64,000 bases of DNA from Chiloscyllium plagiosum (Eukaryota): the NCBI RefSeq assembly GCF_004010195.1, contig NC_057749.1, positions 11,389,540-11,453,539 on the forward strand, in the 5' to 3' direction. A program made the translations under genes and the position numbers. The notes under the pieces were generated by a model. That model saw only the letters and a program-made list of their open reading frames with translations, made no database searches and was not told the origin of the DNA. Positions 12,340 through 25,529 of this stretch are shown here, piece by piece; position 1 is the stretch's first letter, and each line of letters opens with the position of its first letter.

Positions 12340-12815
12340 TTTCAACTCTGTCAAGGACATGGAAGTCCTGGGCCTCCTCCATTGTCAGATTCTAGCCACC
12401 CAATGCCTGGAGGAAGAACACCTCATCTTCCGCCTTGGGACCCTCCAACCATATGGGATCAATGTGAATTTCACCAGTTTCCCCATTTCCCCTCTCCTCA
12501 CCTTATCCCAGATCCAACTCTCCAACCTGGCACCGCCCTCTTGAACTGTCCTACCTGTCCATCTCCCTTCCCACCTATCCACTCCACCCTCCACTCCAAC
12601 CTATCACCATCACCCCCACCTTCATCTACCTATCGCATTCCCAGCTACCTTCAACCCCCCTCCCCAGCCACATCCCCCCTCCCATTTATCTCTTAGCCCC
12701 CTTGGGCCTCCCCCACATTCCTGATGAAGAGCTTATGCTCGAAACGCCAATTCTCCTGCTCCTCAGATGCTGCCTGACCGGCTGTGCTTTTTCAGCACCG
12801 CAATTTTTGACTTTG
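12340..12815 (+). mobile_element. Penelope 3' part: GIY-YIG C-terminus plus pLTR
   Basis: DMEVLGLLHCQ...LEEEHLIFRLGTLQP.GINV.F, C-rich tract, then CTGATGA-A-GAGC-ttat-GCTC-GAAAC. Confidence 0.9.
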
Positions 12816-15100
12816 ATTAAGGTAAAGGAACCCTTACGAGGCAGTCATCATAACATGACTGAATTTACTCTGCAATCTGAGAAGGAGAAAATAAAATCAG
12901 ATTATGGTATTACAGCTGAATAAAGGCAACTACAGAGGCATGAAGGAGGACCTAGTTAGAATTGACAGAAAGAGGAGCCTAGTAGGAAAGAGAGTGGAAC
13001 AGCAATGGCAGGAGTTTCTGAGAGTAATTCAGGAGACACAGCAGAGATTCATCCCACAGAAAAAGAAGCATTGTACAGGGAGGATGGCTGACTAGGGAAG
13101 TCAGGAATAGCATAAAAGCAAAAGAGAAAGCATATAATGTGGCGAAGGGCAGTGGGAAACCAGAGGATTGGGAAGCTTACAAAGACCAACAGAGGGGAAC
13201 AAAAGAAGAAAAAGGAGAGAAGATTAAATATGAGGGTAAGCTAGCCAGTAAAATAAAGGAAGACTCTGAGAGTGTCTTTAGATATATAAAGGCCAAAAGA
13301 AAGGCAAAAGTGTAATGGGACTGCTGGAAAATGACGAAGGAGAGCTTGTAGTGGGGAAAAAGGAAATGGCTGAGGAACTTAATAATTACTTCACGTCAGT
13401 CTTCACTTAGGAAGACACTAATAATATCCCAAAAAATCATGAAAGTGAGGGGGTAAAACTGAGTATGGTGGCCATCACCAAGGAGAAGGTGCTAGAAAAA
13501 CCGAATAGCTGGAAGGTGGATAAATCACTTGGACCAGATGGACTACACCCAAGAGTTCTAAGGGAGTTGGCATGAAGAGATAGTGATGTGTTAGTGGTGA
13601 TCTTTCAGGAATCACTCGATCAGGGAGAGTCCCAGAGGACAGAAAGGGAGTAAGGCAAAAGATGGAAAATTACAGACCAATTAGCCGAACCTCAGTTGTG
13701 GGTAAGATCCTGGAATCTATTGTGAAGGATGAGATTTCTGAATACTTGGAAGTATATGGTAAAATAAGACATGGTTTCATCAAGGTGAGGTCACGCCTGA
13801 CAAATCTGCTAGAGTTCTTTCAGAAAGTAATGAGTAGGTTAGACCAATGGAGAGCCAATCAATGTTATCTACCTGGACTTCAAGAAGGCCTTTAACAAGG
13901 TCAAAAAGTGTGGAGCTTGAAAAGCACAGCTGGTCAGGCAGCATCTGAGAAGCAGGAGAATCGACGTTTCTGGCATAAGCCCTTCATCAGGACACTTTTG
14001 ACAAGGTGCCGGACAGAAGCTACTGGGTAAGATAAGGGCTATGGTGTCAGAGGCAAGGTGCTGGCATGGATAGACACCTGGCTGTGTGGCAGAAAGCAGA
14101 GAGTGGGGATAAAAGGGTCCTTCTCAGGACGGTAGCCGGTAGTGCTCCGCAAGGCTCAGTGCTGGGACCACAACTTTTCATTTTATACATTGATGATCTA
14201 GATGAAGCAACTGAGGGCATTCTGGCTTAGTTTGCAGATGATACAATGGTAGGTAGAGGAGCAGGGAGCATGGGGGTGGTGGGGAAGGTAGGCTGTAGAA
14301 GGATTTGGAGAGGTTAGGAGAGTGGGCAAAGAACTGGCAGATGGAGTACAACATTGGAAAGTGTGAGGTCATGCACTTCGGTAGGAAGAATAGAGGCATG
14401 GAATATTTTCTGAATGCAGAGAAAATTAAGAATTCTGAAGTGCAAAGAGACTTGGGAGTTCTAGTCCAGGATTTTCTCAAGGCAAACTTTCTGGTTGAGT
14501 CAGCAGTTCAGAAGCCAAATGCAATGATGGCATTTATTTTGAGTTCTTGAATATGAAATCAGGGGTGTATTTCTGAGGCTCAGGTCAGACTATACTTGGA
14601 GAATTGTGCCGCCATGTTTTCAGAGGAGGTTCAGGAGAATGGTCCCAGGGATGAAAAGCTTAACAAATGAGGACCATTTAAGGACTCTGCGTCTATACTA
14701 AATTGACTTAGAAGGATGAAGGGTGATCTAATTGAAACATAAAGAGTACTGTATGACCTGGAAGAGTGGATGTTTTGAAGATGTTTCCATTGTAGGGGAG
14801 ACCAGGAGTTGAGGGCATAGCCTTAGAGTAAAGGGAAAACCTTTTGGAACAGAGATAAAAGAGATAAGGAGAAACGTCTTCAGCCAGAGAGCGATGAATC
14901 TATGGAAGGCTGTGGAGGCCAGGTCATTGAGCATATTTAAGACTGATATAGATTGGTTCTTAATTGTCAAGGGGATCAAGGGTTACAGGGAGCAGATGGA
15001 AGAATAGGGATGAGAAACTTATCAGCTATGATTTAATGGTGGAGCAGACTCGATGGGCAGAATAGCCTAATTTCTGTTCTTATGCCTTACGGTCTTATAA
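12816..15100 (+). mobile_element. CR1 LINE (second family), degraded ORF2
   Basis: NYRPIS.TSVVGKILE, HGF.K.RS.LTNLLEFF, FADDT, WQMEYN..KCEVMHFG. 3' tail with cctaat...cttatg. Confidence 0.92.
13902..13996 (-). mobile_element. Short Penelope pLTR insertion
   Basis: TSD ttt[a/g]acaaggt (13891-13901 / 13997-14007). Hammerhead-like motif at 13963-13990. Confidence 0.8.
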
Positions 15101-16621
15101 CCTCCTTTAACATCTAAAATTTCTGTGGGCTAATCTTACCATTTTTTGGGTTGAGCCCAATTTGTGTCAAACATTTTTGAGTTTGTTGCTGCAAGGACTG
15201 GTGACTTTTCTCACCTTCGGTTCCCAAAGTGATTTCATTAATTACCTGGCTACACCCTTGAATCTCTGATGTCCAATTTCCATCCTATCTTACCCTGCCC
15301 CATTCCCACAACAACTTATCATTAAGCAGATATCTGTGGAAAGATTGCACCATCACAAATAAGCCTGTTGTGAATTGTCAGTCTGGAACTGCCCTGCATG
15401 GTTCCTGACATTTGCACTGGACATGGCAAACAGGGGGAAATTGGTGCTGCTTTTTATCAGCAAGGTCCTGAATGAATGGCTGGATGGGTGCATAAGCAGG
15501 ATGCCCTCTTTCCCCAAGACCATTGGGGAGGCCACAACATCAGACCATGCCAGCCTGATCTGAGGTTACCAACCGGGTTAAAGCAGTCTCAGGATGCACA
15601 GCACTGTAAGAAAGTCAATGACCTTTTCCACTCCATCATGTGCCATCATCTTCTCTCTGATATCTCACTCAGTCCACCTCTGCTACTGTACACATCTCCC
15701 AAGTCTCATGCTCTGCCACTCTTCCAATTAACTGCAACATCTTCTCTCACTAGTTCCATTCCCCAGCAACATGCCCTCTGCATTGCTTACTGACTTGCTC
15801 AGGACATCTCACCAAAAGTAACAGTGCTATTCACTTTCATCTCCTATAATTCCTGCCTTTCAGTCGTTCCAGGAGGAAATCCACAGCCAGGCAGGAAGAG
15901 TCAGGCCTGATGATGGGCTTCCCAATATTTGACTCCTCACCCATTGTGAGGAGAGATCTTGACTCTGGCCACCCTGAGCAGGCCCTGAATTAGCATTGGA
16001 GGCTGCTATTGACTTACTGTGCCAGAAGCCCCTTGATTTGACTGAGGACGGCTGACATTCATAACAAGCTTCCTGGCATTGTGACTATGCTTAACAGCAA
16101 GGCAAGGCAAGAAGTAAAGTGAACCTGATATCACTAGCTGAGGAGCAAACCACAAAGGCAAGGCAATGAAAGGCAGGCATGCTAAAAGTAACCAAGTAGA
16201 TTCAGAGTGACTGCGCTAAGAGAGTGAGTGAAAGTTCTGGAGGTACAGGCTGTTCCAGACCGTGAACTGAGTTGTGTCCGTGACAGCACAGTGTCCTTGC
16301 TATAGCATTACAATGATCGTTGCTGCTGCAGCATTGACGTATCTTGTAACTGTATCTTCTGAGATGTGTCTTATGGGTTCTCAGAGGTTCTCTCTCACTG
16401 GACATGGGTTGCTTGTCACTGGTGTCCATGGAGTGTTGTCAGAAATGTTGTGCCTAGCATCTAACATGGAGGTTGTTTGAAACATGCTGAATAAGCTCAC
16501 CCTACTATCCTTGTTGAGTTTTCCTGACATTGAGCTTGTTTGGCGAGTTTGGTAAGAAGGTAGATTAAATATTGATGAGGTAATTTAGGCTGTTAACAAG
16601 GTGTTTAACAATCAGTAATCC

Positions 16622-17011
16622 AGAATCTGGTTTCCAGCATCTTAGATTAGATTACTTACATGATTAGATTAGATTAGATTAGATTACTTACAGTGTGGAA
16701 ACAGGCCCTTCGGCCCAACAAGTCCACACCGACCCGCCGAAGCGCAACCCACCCATACCCCTACCTTTACCCCTTTAACCTAACACTACGGGCAATTCAG
16801 CATGGCCAATTCACCTGACCCGCACATCTTTGGACTGTGGGAGGAAACCGGAGCACCCGGAGGAAACCCACGCAGACACGGGGAGAATGTGCAAACTCCA
16901 CACAGTCAGTCACCTGAGTCGGGAATTAAACCCGGGTCTACAGGCGCTGTGAGGCAGCAGTGCTAACCACTGGGCCACCGTGCCGCCCATCTGCAGTCAT
17001 TGTTTTTACCT
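16622..17011 (+). mobile_element. Tiny Penelope-type insertion hosting a SINE
   Basis: 12-bp TSD aatcagtaatcc (16610-16621 / 17012-17023). Sequence is tctggtttccagcatct|gcagtcattgtttttacc. Confidence 0.7.
16642..16988 (-). mobile_element. HE1/V-SINE, young subfamily
   Basis: Full head, V-domain and (TAATC)n tail. Nearly identical to four other copies in the window. catct flanks both sides. Confidence 0.95.
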
Positions 17012-17199
17012 AATCAGTAATCCCTGTCAATTGGCAACCTGCCTTTGTCCAGCAAGAATCTCGCCACATCACTTGTAAAAAAATCATATTAAATGGTGGG
17101 AATGCTGCCAATATCAACATGGGTCTCTCTGCCTGATGCATGCACATGTTCTATCATAGTCTATATCACCCCGACAAGATTCTATCCTATGTTTTTATT

Positions 17200-17860
17200 G
17201 AGTTAATGAAGGAAATGACATTCTTGCTTGACCAAATTCTTTGAAATGTTTGAAAAGGTATCTGGCAGTGTAATCAATGGAATGAAATTGATGTAATTCA
17301 TCTGGATTTTTGGAAGTTCTTCAATAATGAGCCCATAATTAATGAATAAATGAAGTTAGAGATTGTGGAATCTGAGGACAAGTGGCAGAATGTATCGTGA
17401 ACTGGTTTAAAGACAGTAAATAGAGAGTGGGAGTAAAGGTTAGTCATTCAGAGTAATAAAAGTTGGGAAATGGAGTTCCATAAGAATATATGTAGCAGCA
17501 GTGCAATTCATGTTTTGGACTTTTGAATCAAAAAACATTTTCTAAATTTGCATATTACACAGATAGTCAATACTATGAAGGATTGCAATAAATTACAAGA
17601 GAATATGCACAAACATGAAGAATGGTAAATAATTTGCAAGTTAATATCAATGCTGATATACATGAGTAAGGTGGAAAAAATAAGGACTTATTACTTAGGA
17701 AATGAAAATTTAGATAGGGTAGAGACAAAAAAGAATAATCGAGTACAAAAGCACCAATCACGAAAAGTTGTCACAGGTTAGCAAGGCCACCAAAGGCAAT
17801 CCAAGTGCTACAAAGTGAGCTTTCTCATAAAACTATAGAATTGAAAAGTAGTGAAGTTAT
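17200..17860 (+). mobile_element. Old CR1 RT fragment
   Basis: Degenerate CLTN..E.FE, D.I.LDF.K.F and GVP.S motifs. Confidence 0.6.
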
Positions 17861-17897
17861 AAAGCGTGGATAGATTACACCTGCAGTCCTGAGTTTT

Positions 17898-18905
17898 CCA
17901 GCATGGAAACACACCCTTCAGTCCAACTCGTCCATGCCGACCAGATATCCTAAATTAATCTAGTCCCATTTGCCAACACTTGGTCCATATCCCTTTAAAC
18001 CTTTCCTACTCATGTAGCCATCCAAATGCCTTTTAAATGTTGTAATTGTATCAGCCTCCACCACTTCCTCTGGCAGCTCATTCCATACACGCACCACACT
18101 CTGCGTGAAAATGTTGCCTGTTAGGTTCCTTTTAGATCTTTCCCCTCTCACTCTAAACTTATGGCCTCTAGTTCTGGACTCTCCCAGAAAAAAGACCTTG
18201 TCTATTTACCCTATCCGTGCCCTTCATGATTTTATAAACCTCTATGAGGTAATTCCTCAGCCTCCAATGCTCCAGGGAAAACAGCCCCAGCCTATTCAGC
18301 ATCTCCCTATAGCTCAAACCTTCCAATCCTGGTAACATCCTTGTAAATCTTTCTGAACCCTTTCAAGCTGTGGAGGAGCCGGTGTTAGATGAGAGTAGAT
18401 GAAGTTAAAAATCACACAACACCAGCTTATCATCCAACACGTTTATTTGGAAGCTCTATCTTTTGGAACAGCACTCCGAAAGCTAGCACTTCTGAATACA
18501 GTACACCTGTTGGACTCTAACCTAGTGTTGTGTGATTTTTAACTTTGAACTCTTTCAAATTTCACAACATCCTTCCTAAAGGAGGGAGACCAGAATTGCA
18601 CACAATATTCCAACAGTGGCCTAACCAATGTCCAGTATAGCTGCAACTTGACCTCCCAACCCTTATGCTCAATGTTCTGACCAATAAAAGAAAGCATACT
18701 GAACACCTTCTTCACTATCAGACCTACCTGTGACTGCACTTTGAAGGAACTGTGAACCTGCACTCCAAACTCCCTTTGTTCAGCAACACTCCACAGTGTA
18801 TAGGTCCTGCCCTGATTTGCCTTTCCAAAATGATGCAGCACCTCACATTTATCTAAATTAAACTCCATCTGGCCCATCTGATCAAGATCACATTGCACTC
18901 TGAGG
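17898..18905 (-). mobile_element. CR1/HER1-like 3' part
   Basis: MEFNLDKCEVLH, RPLLEYCVQFWSP, WNELPEEVVEA. Confidence 0.92.
18368..18545. mobile_element. Penelope (third family) inverted-arm insertion
   Basis: aagttaaaaatcacacaacacc... is the reverse complement of ...gtgttgtgtgatttttaactt. TSD tgaac[c/t]ctttcaa. Confidence 0.8.
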
Positions 18906-19011
18906 TTATTTTATAAGGAGGAGATATATATATGTGTGAAGAGGATACAGAAAAGATTGACAAGGTTAATAATGAAATTAATGCTCAGATCCTATCCTAC
19001 AATTTAGGGTT

Positions 19012-22000
19012 AGAACATAGAAAAGTACAGTACAGACAAGGCCCTTCGGCCCACGATGTTATGTCAAGGATTATTCTTAATCTAAAATAAAATAACCTAA
19101 CCTACGCACCCCTCAATTCACTGCTGTCCTGTGCATGTCCAGCAGGCATTTAAATGTCCCTAATGACTCTGCTTCCATCACCACTGCTGGCAACACATTC
19201 CGTGCATTCACAACTCTCTACGTAAATTACCTATCTCTAACATCTCCTCCGTACTTCCTCCTAATATCTTCAAACTATGACCCCTCTTGTCAGTCAATCC
19301 TGCCCTGGGGAAACGTCTCTGGCTATTGACTCTATCCATGCCTCTCATTACCTTGTATACCTCAATCAGGTCACCTCTCTTCCTCCTTCTCTCTAGCGAG
19401 AAAAGTCCGAGCTTAGTCAACTTCTCTTCATAAGACAAGCCCTCCAGTCCAGACAGCATCCTGATAAATCTTCTTTGCACCCTCTCCAAAGCCTCTGTAT
19501 CTTTCCTATAATAGGGTGACCAGAACTGGATACAATCTTCTAAGTGTGGTCTCACCAGGGTCTTTTAGAGCTGCAGCAAAACCTCACGGTTCTTAAACTC
19601 GATCCCCCTGTTAACGAAAGCCAAAACACCATATGCTTTCTTAACAACCCTATCCATTTGGGTGGTAACTTTGAGGGATCTATGAACTCGAACACCAAGA
19701 TCCCTCCGTACCTCCACACTGCCAAGAATCCTGTCTTTAATCCTATATTCAGCATTCGAGTTCGACCTTCCAAAATACATCACTTCGCATTTATCCAGGT
19801 TGAACTCCACCTGCCATTTCTCAGCCCAGCTCTGCATCCTGTCTCTGTTGCGTTGCTGCCTGCAATAGCCCTCGATACTATCAATAGCACCTCCAACCTT
19901 TGTATCATCGGCAAATTTACTAACCCACCCCTCAACCTCCTCATCCAAGTCATTTATAAAAACTACAAAGAGCAGAGGTCCAAGAACAGAGCCCTGTGGG
20001 ACACCACTCAACAGTGACCTCCAGGCAGAATACATTTCCAGCTACAACCACTCTCTGCCTTCTGTCAGCCAACCAATTCTGAATTCAGTCAGCCAAATCT
20101 CCCTGTATCCCAAACCTCCTGACTTTATGAATGAGCCTACCATGGGGAACCTTGCCAAATGCCTTGCTGAAGTCCATATACACCATGTCCACTTTCGTTG
20201 ACCTGCCTTGTCACCTTCTCAAAGAACTCAATAAGATTTGTGAGGCATAACCTGCCCCTCACAAAGCCATGCTGACTGCCTTTAATCACGCTATGCTTTT
20301 CCAAATAGTCATAAATCCTATCACTCAATTCTTTCCAAAACCTTGCTGAATACAGATGTAAGACTCACTAGTCTATAATCGCCAGGGGTTTTGCTATTTC
20401 CCCTCTTGAAAAGAGGAACATTTGCCTCCCTCCAATCCCTCCGGTACGACTCCCGTAGAGAGTGAGGAAACAAAGATCTTCGCCAGTGGCTTAGCAAACT
20501 CCTTTCCTGTTTCCTGGAGCAACCCAGGATAAATCTGGTCTGGCTCTCTGGACTTATCAATGTTAATGTTTGCCAAAATTTCCAGCACATAAACTTCATC
20601 AATCTTGATCTGTTCAAGCCTGTTTCCCAGCTCCTGAAAGTTCTCATTCACAACAATGTCCCTTTGCTTCGTGAAAACCGAAGCAAAAAACTAATTTAGG
20701 GCTTCCCCATCTGCTCAGACTCCATGCACAAGTTCCCTATGCTATCCCTTGGTTTCATCACATGAAAAACCTTCCCAATAGGTTCACTGCATCCTGTCAC
20801 TGCCCCAGCTCCAACTACCCCCCTCTCAGATATGTAGCCCTGGTTCCCACCCCCTTGCCAAACTAGTTTAAACCCTCCTGAACAAACCACATGAACAAAT
20901 CTCCCATCCAGGACATTTGTGCCCCTCCAGTTCAGGTGCATCCCGTCCTTCATGTACAGGTCCCACCTTCCCCAGAAGGCATCCCAATGGTCTAAGTATC
21001 TGAAGCCCTCCTTCCTGCATCAGTCTTGCAGTCACGTGTTAAGCTGCACTATTCTTCACTTCACTGTATCGTAGCACTGGTAGCAAACCCAAGATCACTA
21101 TACTACTCTACTCGTCCTGCTCTTCAGCTTCCAACCTAGCTCTCTGTAGTCACTTTTCAGATTCTCAATCTCTTTCCTGGCTATATCATTGGTCCAATAT
21201 GTACCACGATTTCTGGCTGCTCACCCTTCGTCTTCAAAATCCTGTAAACCCGATCGGCGACCTCAAGGATCCTGGCACCGGGGAGGCAACATACCTTCCA
21301 TGAGTCCTGTTCCTAACCACAAAATCTCCTATCAATCCGTCTAACTATTGAGTCCCCTATCACTAGCGCTTTTCTATTCTCCCTCCTTCCCTTCAGAGCC
21401 TCAGTACCAGAGACCTGACAACTATGGTTTACCCCTGATAGGCCATCCCCACCAGCAGTATCCAAAACGGTATACTTATTACTGAGGGGAATGGCCACAA
21501 GGGATCCTTGCTCGATCTGTTGGTTCCCTTTCCTCCCCCTGACTGTAACCCAGCTGTCCTTATCCTGTATCTGAGGAGTGACCACCTCCCTGTACATCCT
21601 CTCAATTTCTCTCTCAGCCTCTCAGATCTGCAGTTCATCCAGTTCCCTAACCTGGATTTTGAGGAGCTGGAGTTGGGTGCACTTCCCGCAGATGTGGTCG
21701 GCAGAGACATGCGTCATGTCTCTCACTGCTACATTCTGCAGGAGGAACATGCAACTACCCTATCAGCCATACCCTGCAAATCTGAAAGTCCACACAGGAC
21801 TAAACAAGGAAGAGAAGAAAAGAAAAAACAAAAAAACCTGAAAACTTAAGAGTTTACAGACTCTTAGTAAGGTTAGAGGAGGTGGGTGGGAGTGAGGTCC
21901 TACGGTGTAGGGTCTCAGGTTAGGATCTCACCCACTTAAAAACTTTCCAGCAGCCCTCGTTTCTCTCCGCCCTCTCTCCTCACCGCTTTATTCAAAATGG

Positions 22001-22030
22001 AGGCCCGACTCTCGAGGTAAGTCCCTTTTT
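19012..22030 (-). mobile_element. CR1 LINE with 5' region, ORF1 (zinc finger + SGNH esterase) and RT, endonuclease deleted
   Basis: VACSSCRM near 21760, [41 protein letters not shown]1 end joins directly to GNLCMESEQMG near 20745. Confidence 0.92.
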
Positions 22031-22493
22031 TAAGTGGGAAAAACTGACCTTTAAAATTTTAAAATTCAGGATGTAAAAAATTATTTTTCGACAACCCACC
22101 ATTTGATGAGCTTATTTTTCGACATAAAGAGCTCTCACAAGAACATTAGAAAGAAGAGTGGGGCTACATTATACTTCCAGCTGTATTTTTCCCTAGATTG
22201 ATAGCTGATTCTCAGCCTCAACTTGAGTTTCGTTCCAAATCCTTAATTCACTTAGAAACCAAAAGTCTGTTGATTAATTCTTTGGATATGCTCATCAATT
22301 GAGCATGCAAGGTTCCATGAGATAGAGAATGACAAAGATTTGCAACACTCAGAATGAAAAAATTACTGATGCTATGAGTCCTTTCCGTCCAACCTCTTAT
22401 CCACAAAATGTGATACCTGAGTTCTCGACTGGTACCCCTTCAGCATTGACCCTGTCAAATCCCCAAAGAAATTTTTACCCAATTCAAAAGTAT

Positions 22494-22571
22494 TGATTTC
22501 TTCCTACTCAGTTGGAATTGACTTTCTTCCTACTCCGTACGAATTGACTTTCTTCCTACTCCATTGGAATT
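22494..22571. repeat. Three ~26-bp tandem copies (tgactttcttcctactcc...gaat)
   Basis: Directly visible. Confidence 0.85.
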
Positions 22572-23879
22572 CTGGTTTCAAGTGCTTTGATCATTACGTA
22601 AGAATTTATTTTATTTTTTCACAGTATGTGGGCATTGTTGGCCAGGTTACCATTTATGCCCTGGCATATGAAAATGCACCAGGAAAGAATCAGTTTTCTT
22701 TTGGAAATGGAAGGATAATTAAAGGAAATGTTACAATATATTCATAAGTGATTCTATGTTTAATTAAATGGATAATATTACATGATTCTGTTTTGATTTT
22801 GTATTCAGTTGAGTTCCATGGCTCACCTTGATTCAAGTTTCAGTTTTCTTTTTAAGAACAATCCAGAACTTACATCTTGTCTGCACAAAACTTCAGTTCC
22901 AAAAGGAGCTAAACACATTTGCAATAAACCTTCTGTGCTGTTAAATAAGATAATAGCAGATCTTCTATTGCAGTGTTTTTTATGCAGGGTTATTTATGTG
23001 AACTTATTTATCTCTTTTTCTCAATGATACTGCATGATTTATTGTTTCTTTCATTCTCTGGTTTTATTTTAGATTTCCAGCACCCGTAGTACTTTGATTT
23101 TATTTTGAGAACTGCATCTCCCTTGTGAGAGGAGAAGGCAGGAAACCACAGCATGTTATATCTGAAATACTTGTGGTTCAAGAGTTTCCTGCCACACTTC
23201 CCACCATCACTGAGATTGGCCACATCAAATCAACCGTACTGACTGCTGTATGGATTCTGCTTTTACAGTCCTATACAGTATTTGGTCACATTTTAACCTA
23301 CAGCATCAACTAGGAAAACAAACTGTAAAAACTTTTAAGCAGAATCAGCAACATAGGAACAGGAGTTTGGGGTGGGAGGGGGGAAGAGGAGGAGAGTGCA
23401 CAATGTAGGTACCCCGAGGTAGATGTGGTCTTAACATTAATTCATTTCGCATTCTGTTTTGAGGGAAAAAAAAGTTTGTATGAGACAACTGTTCTATACT
23501 TAAATAAGAGTATTTATGAAAATTTGAAGATGACTAGCTGAGGAACTAAATTAAGGGACAGATCAGTAGAGATACAGTGGCGGAAATTTAAGGAGATATT
23601 TCAGAACAATCAGAACAAAGATACATTCCAGTCAGAAAAATTTGAAGGTTAGAATGCACCATCTATCGCCAACTCAGGAAATACTTTAAGAAAGTATCTA
23701 GTTGAAAGAGAAAGAATACAATTTCAAGACGACTAGTGGTAGGTCAGAGATAAGTCAGAATAGTTCTTATAGACATCATGACATATATGGATAATATAGG
23801 AAAATGCCACTGCAATAGAAGATCTGCCATTATCTTATTTAACGGCACAGCAGGTTTGATAAGCCAAATGGACCTCCTG

Positions 23880-25130
23880 AGCTGAACAATCTCCTGAATT
23901 TCGGCCGTCACCTCCTCTCTCTCCTTCCCACAACAGCGACACTGTCCCCCTTGTTTTCACCAATCATCCCATCAATATCCAAATTTGCAGGATCATTAGT
24001 TGTCATTTTCACCATCTCCAGCAGAATGCCATCTCCAGATACGTAGTCCCTTCCCTTCCATTGTCAGCCTTCCACAGGGACCATTCCCTCCAGGACACTA
24101 TGGTGCACTCTTTCTGCACTCCCAACACGTACCCACAGCCCCAGGGCACTTTCCCCTGCAATCACATAAGGAATAACACTTGGCCATTTGCTTACTCCCT
24201 CCTCACTACTGAAGATCCAAACACACCTTTCCAGTGAAGCAGCACTTTACCTGCGTTTCATCAATCTAGTCTACTGTATTCACTGTTCACAATTCTTTTA
24301 CATTGGGAAAAGAAATGCAGACTGGGTAACCATTTTGCAGTACACCTCTGGTCTGTCTGCCAAAATGACCCTAAACTACCAGTTGCCTGCCACTTCAACA
24401 CACCACCATCTTCCCTGGCCAAGGTCTCTGTCTCAGGCTTGCTGCAGTGCTCCAGCAAAGCTCAGTGTGAGCTGTAAGAACGACGCCTCAATTTGTGCTT
24501 GGGAACTTCACAGCATTCTGAACTCAATATCAAATTAAAAGATTTTAGGGCCACATCCTTACCCAACCCCCACACACCAGGCTTTGTCATCACATCGAAA
24601 AATGTGGGACTGAAAAAGCACAGCAGGTCAGGCAGCATCCGAGGAGCAGAAGAATTGATGTTTCAGGCATAGGCCTGTCATCAGGTGCTTATGTCTGAAA
24701 TGTCGGTTATCTTGCTCATCAGATGCTGCCTGACCTGCTGTGCTTTTCCAGTGTCACACTATTCAACTCTGGTCTCCAGCACCTGCAGTCTTCAATTTCT
24801 CCTTGTCATCACTTGTGCTGCCACCGCGCACACAACCTATTGTTAACTAGTAATAGTCCACATTAGCAGCTATTCATTCTCCCAGGCTAACCTTTAACCC
24901 ATCCTTTGTTTGTTCAGCTGATTTTCTCAATCCCGTTGGGTTCTATATCCACTCATCACTTACTCCTCCCCACTCCACCACTTCATCTTCTGTATAAATA
25001 CTAAACTTTTCCTTGCTATCATCAGTTCTGAAGAAGGGCCACTGGACTCAAAATGTTAACTCTGCTTTCTTTCCACAACTGCTGTTAGACCTGCTGAGTT
25101 TTTCCAGCAATTTTTGTTTTTGTTTCTGAT
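23880..25130 (+). mobile_element. Old Penelope: GIY-YIG region through pLTR
   Basis: NLVYCIHCSQ..YIG motif. Hammerhead-like ctgaagaagggccactggactcaaaa at 25028. Confidence 0.85.
24593..24802. mobile_element. Penelope inverted-arm insertion nested in an older Penelope
   Basis: aaaagcacagcaggtcaggcagcatc versus gatgctgcctgacctgctgtgctttt. TSD ttgtcatcac (24583-24592 / 24803-24812). Confidence 0.85.
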
Positions 25131-25529
25131 CTCCCTTGTTTCTATTTTGTACATTTCTATGTGATGTAAAAAAGAAGCAACAATGACTAAAAGAATAATG
25201 AGGAGAGATAATTTTTTGGGAGTACAAGAGAATAAATATAAAACAGAAGTTCAACAGGTCTGGGGAATTAATGATGGAGAATAAGCAAGTGGAAGATGAA
25301 TTCATCATAAATTTTGCATCTGTCTTCACTGCAGAGTTTACAAATAAAATCTTAGAAATAATTGTAAATCAAAAGGTGAAAAAGAGCAAAGAACTTAAAA
25401 TAATTAACATTGCTAGGGAAAGGGTGATAATGAAATTATTGGAACTAAACAAGCACAAGTCCCCTGCTCCTGATGGGCTTCATTCAAAGATTTTAAAAGA
25501 AGTGGCTTCTGAAAAAAATAAATGTATGA

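Larger units (their letters stand above)
15127..17187 (+). mobile_element. Degraded Harbinger-type element with Myb/SANT (NAIF1-like) remnant
   Basis: 15423-15635 encodes MANRGKL..F....L...LDG../DALFP.D../AQHC.KVNDL, frameshifted. Degenerate termini gggctaatcttacc / caagattctatcc. Confidence 0.5.

Noticed and set aside
22494..22571. CRISPR-like repeat
   Set aside because: Eukaryotic context, units are contiguous without real spacers, and there are no cas genes.
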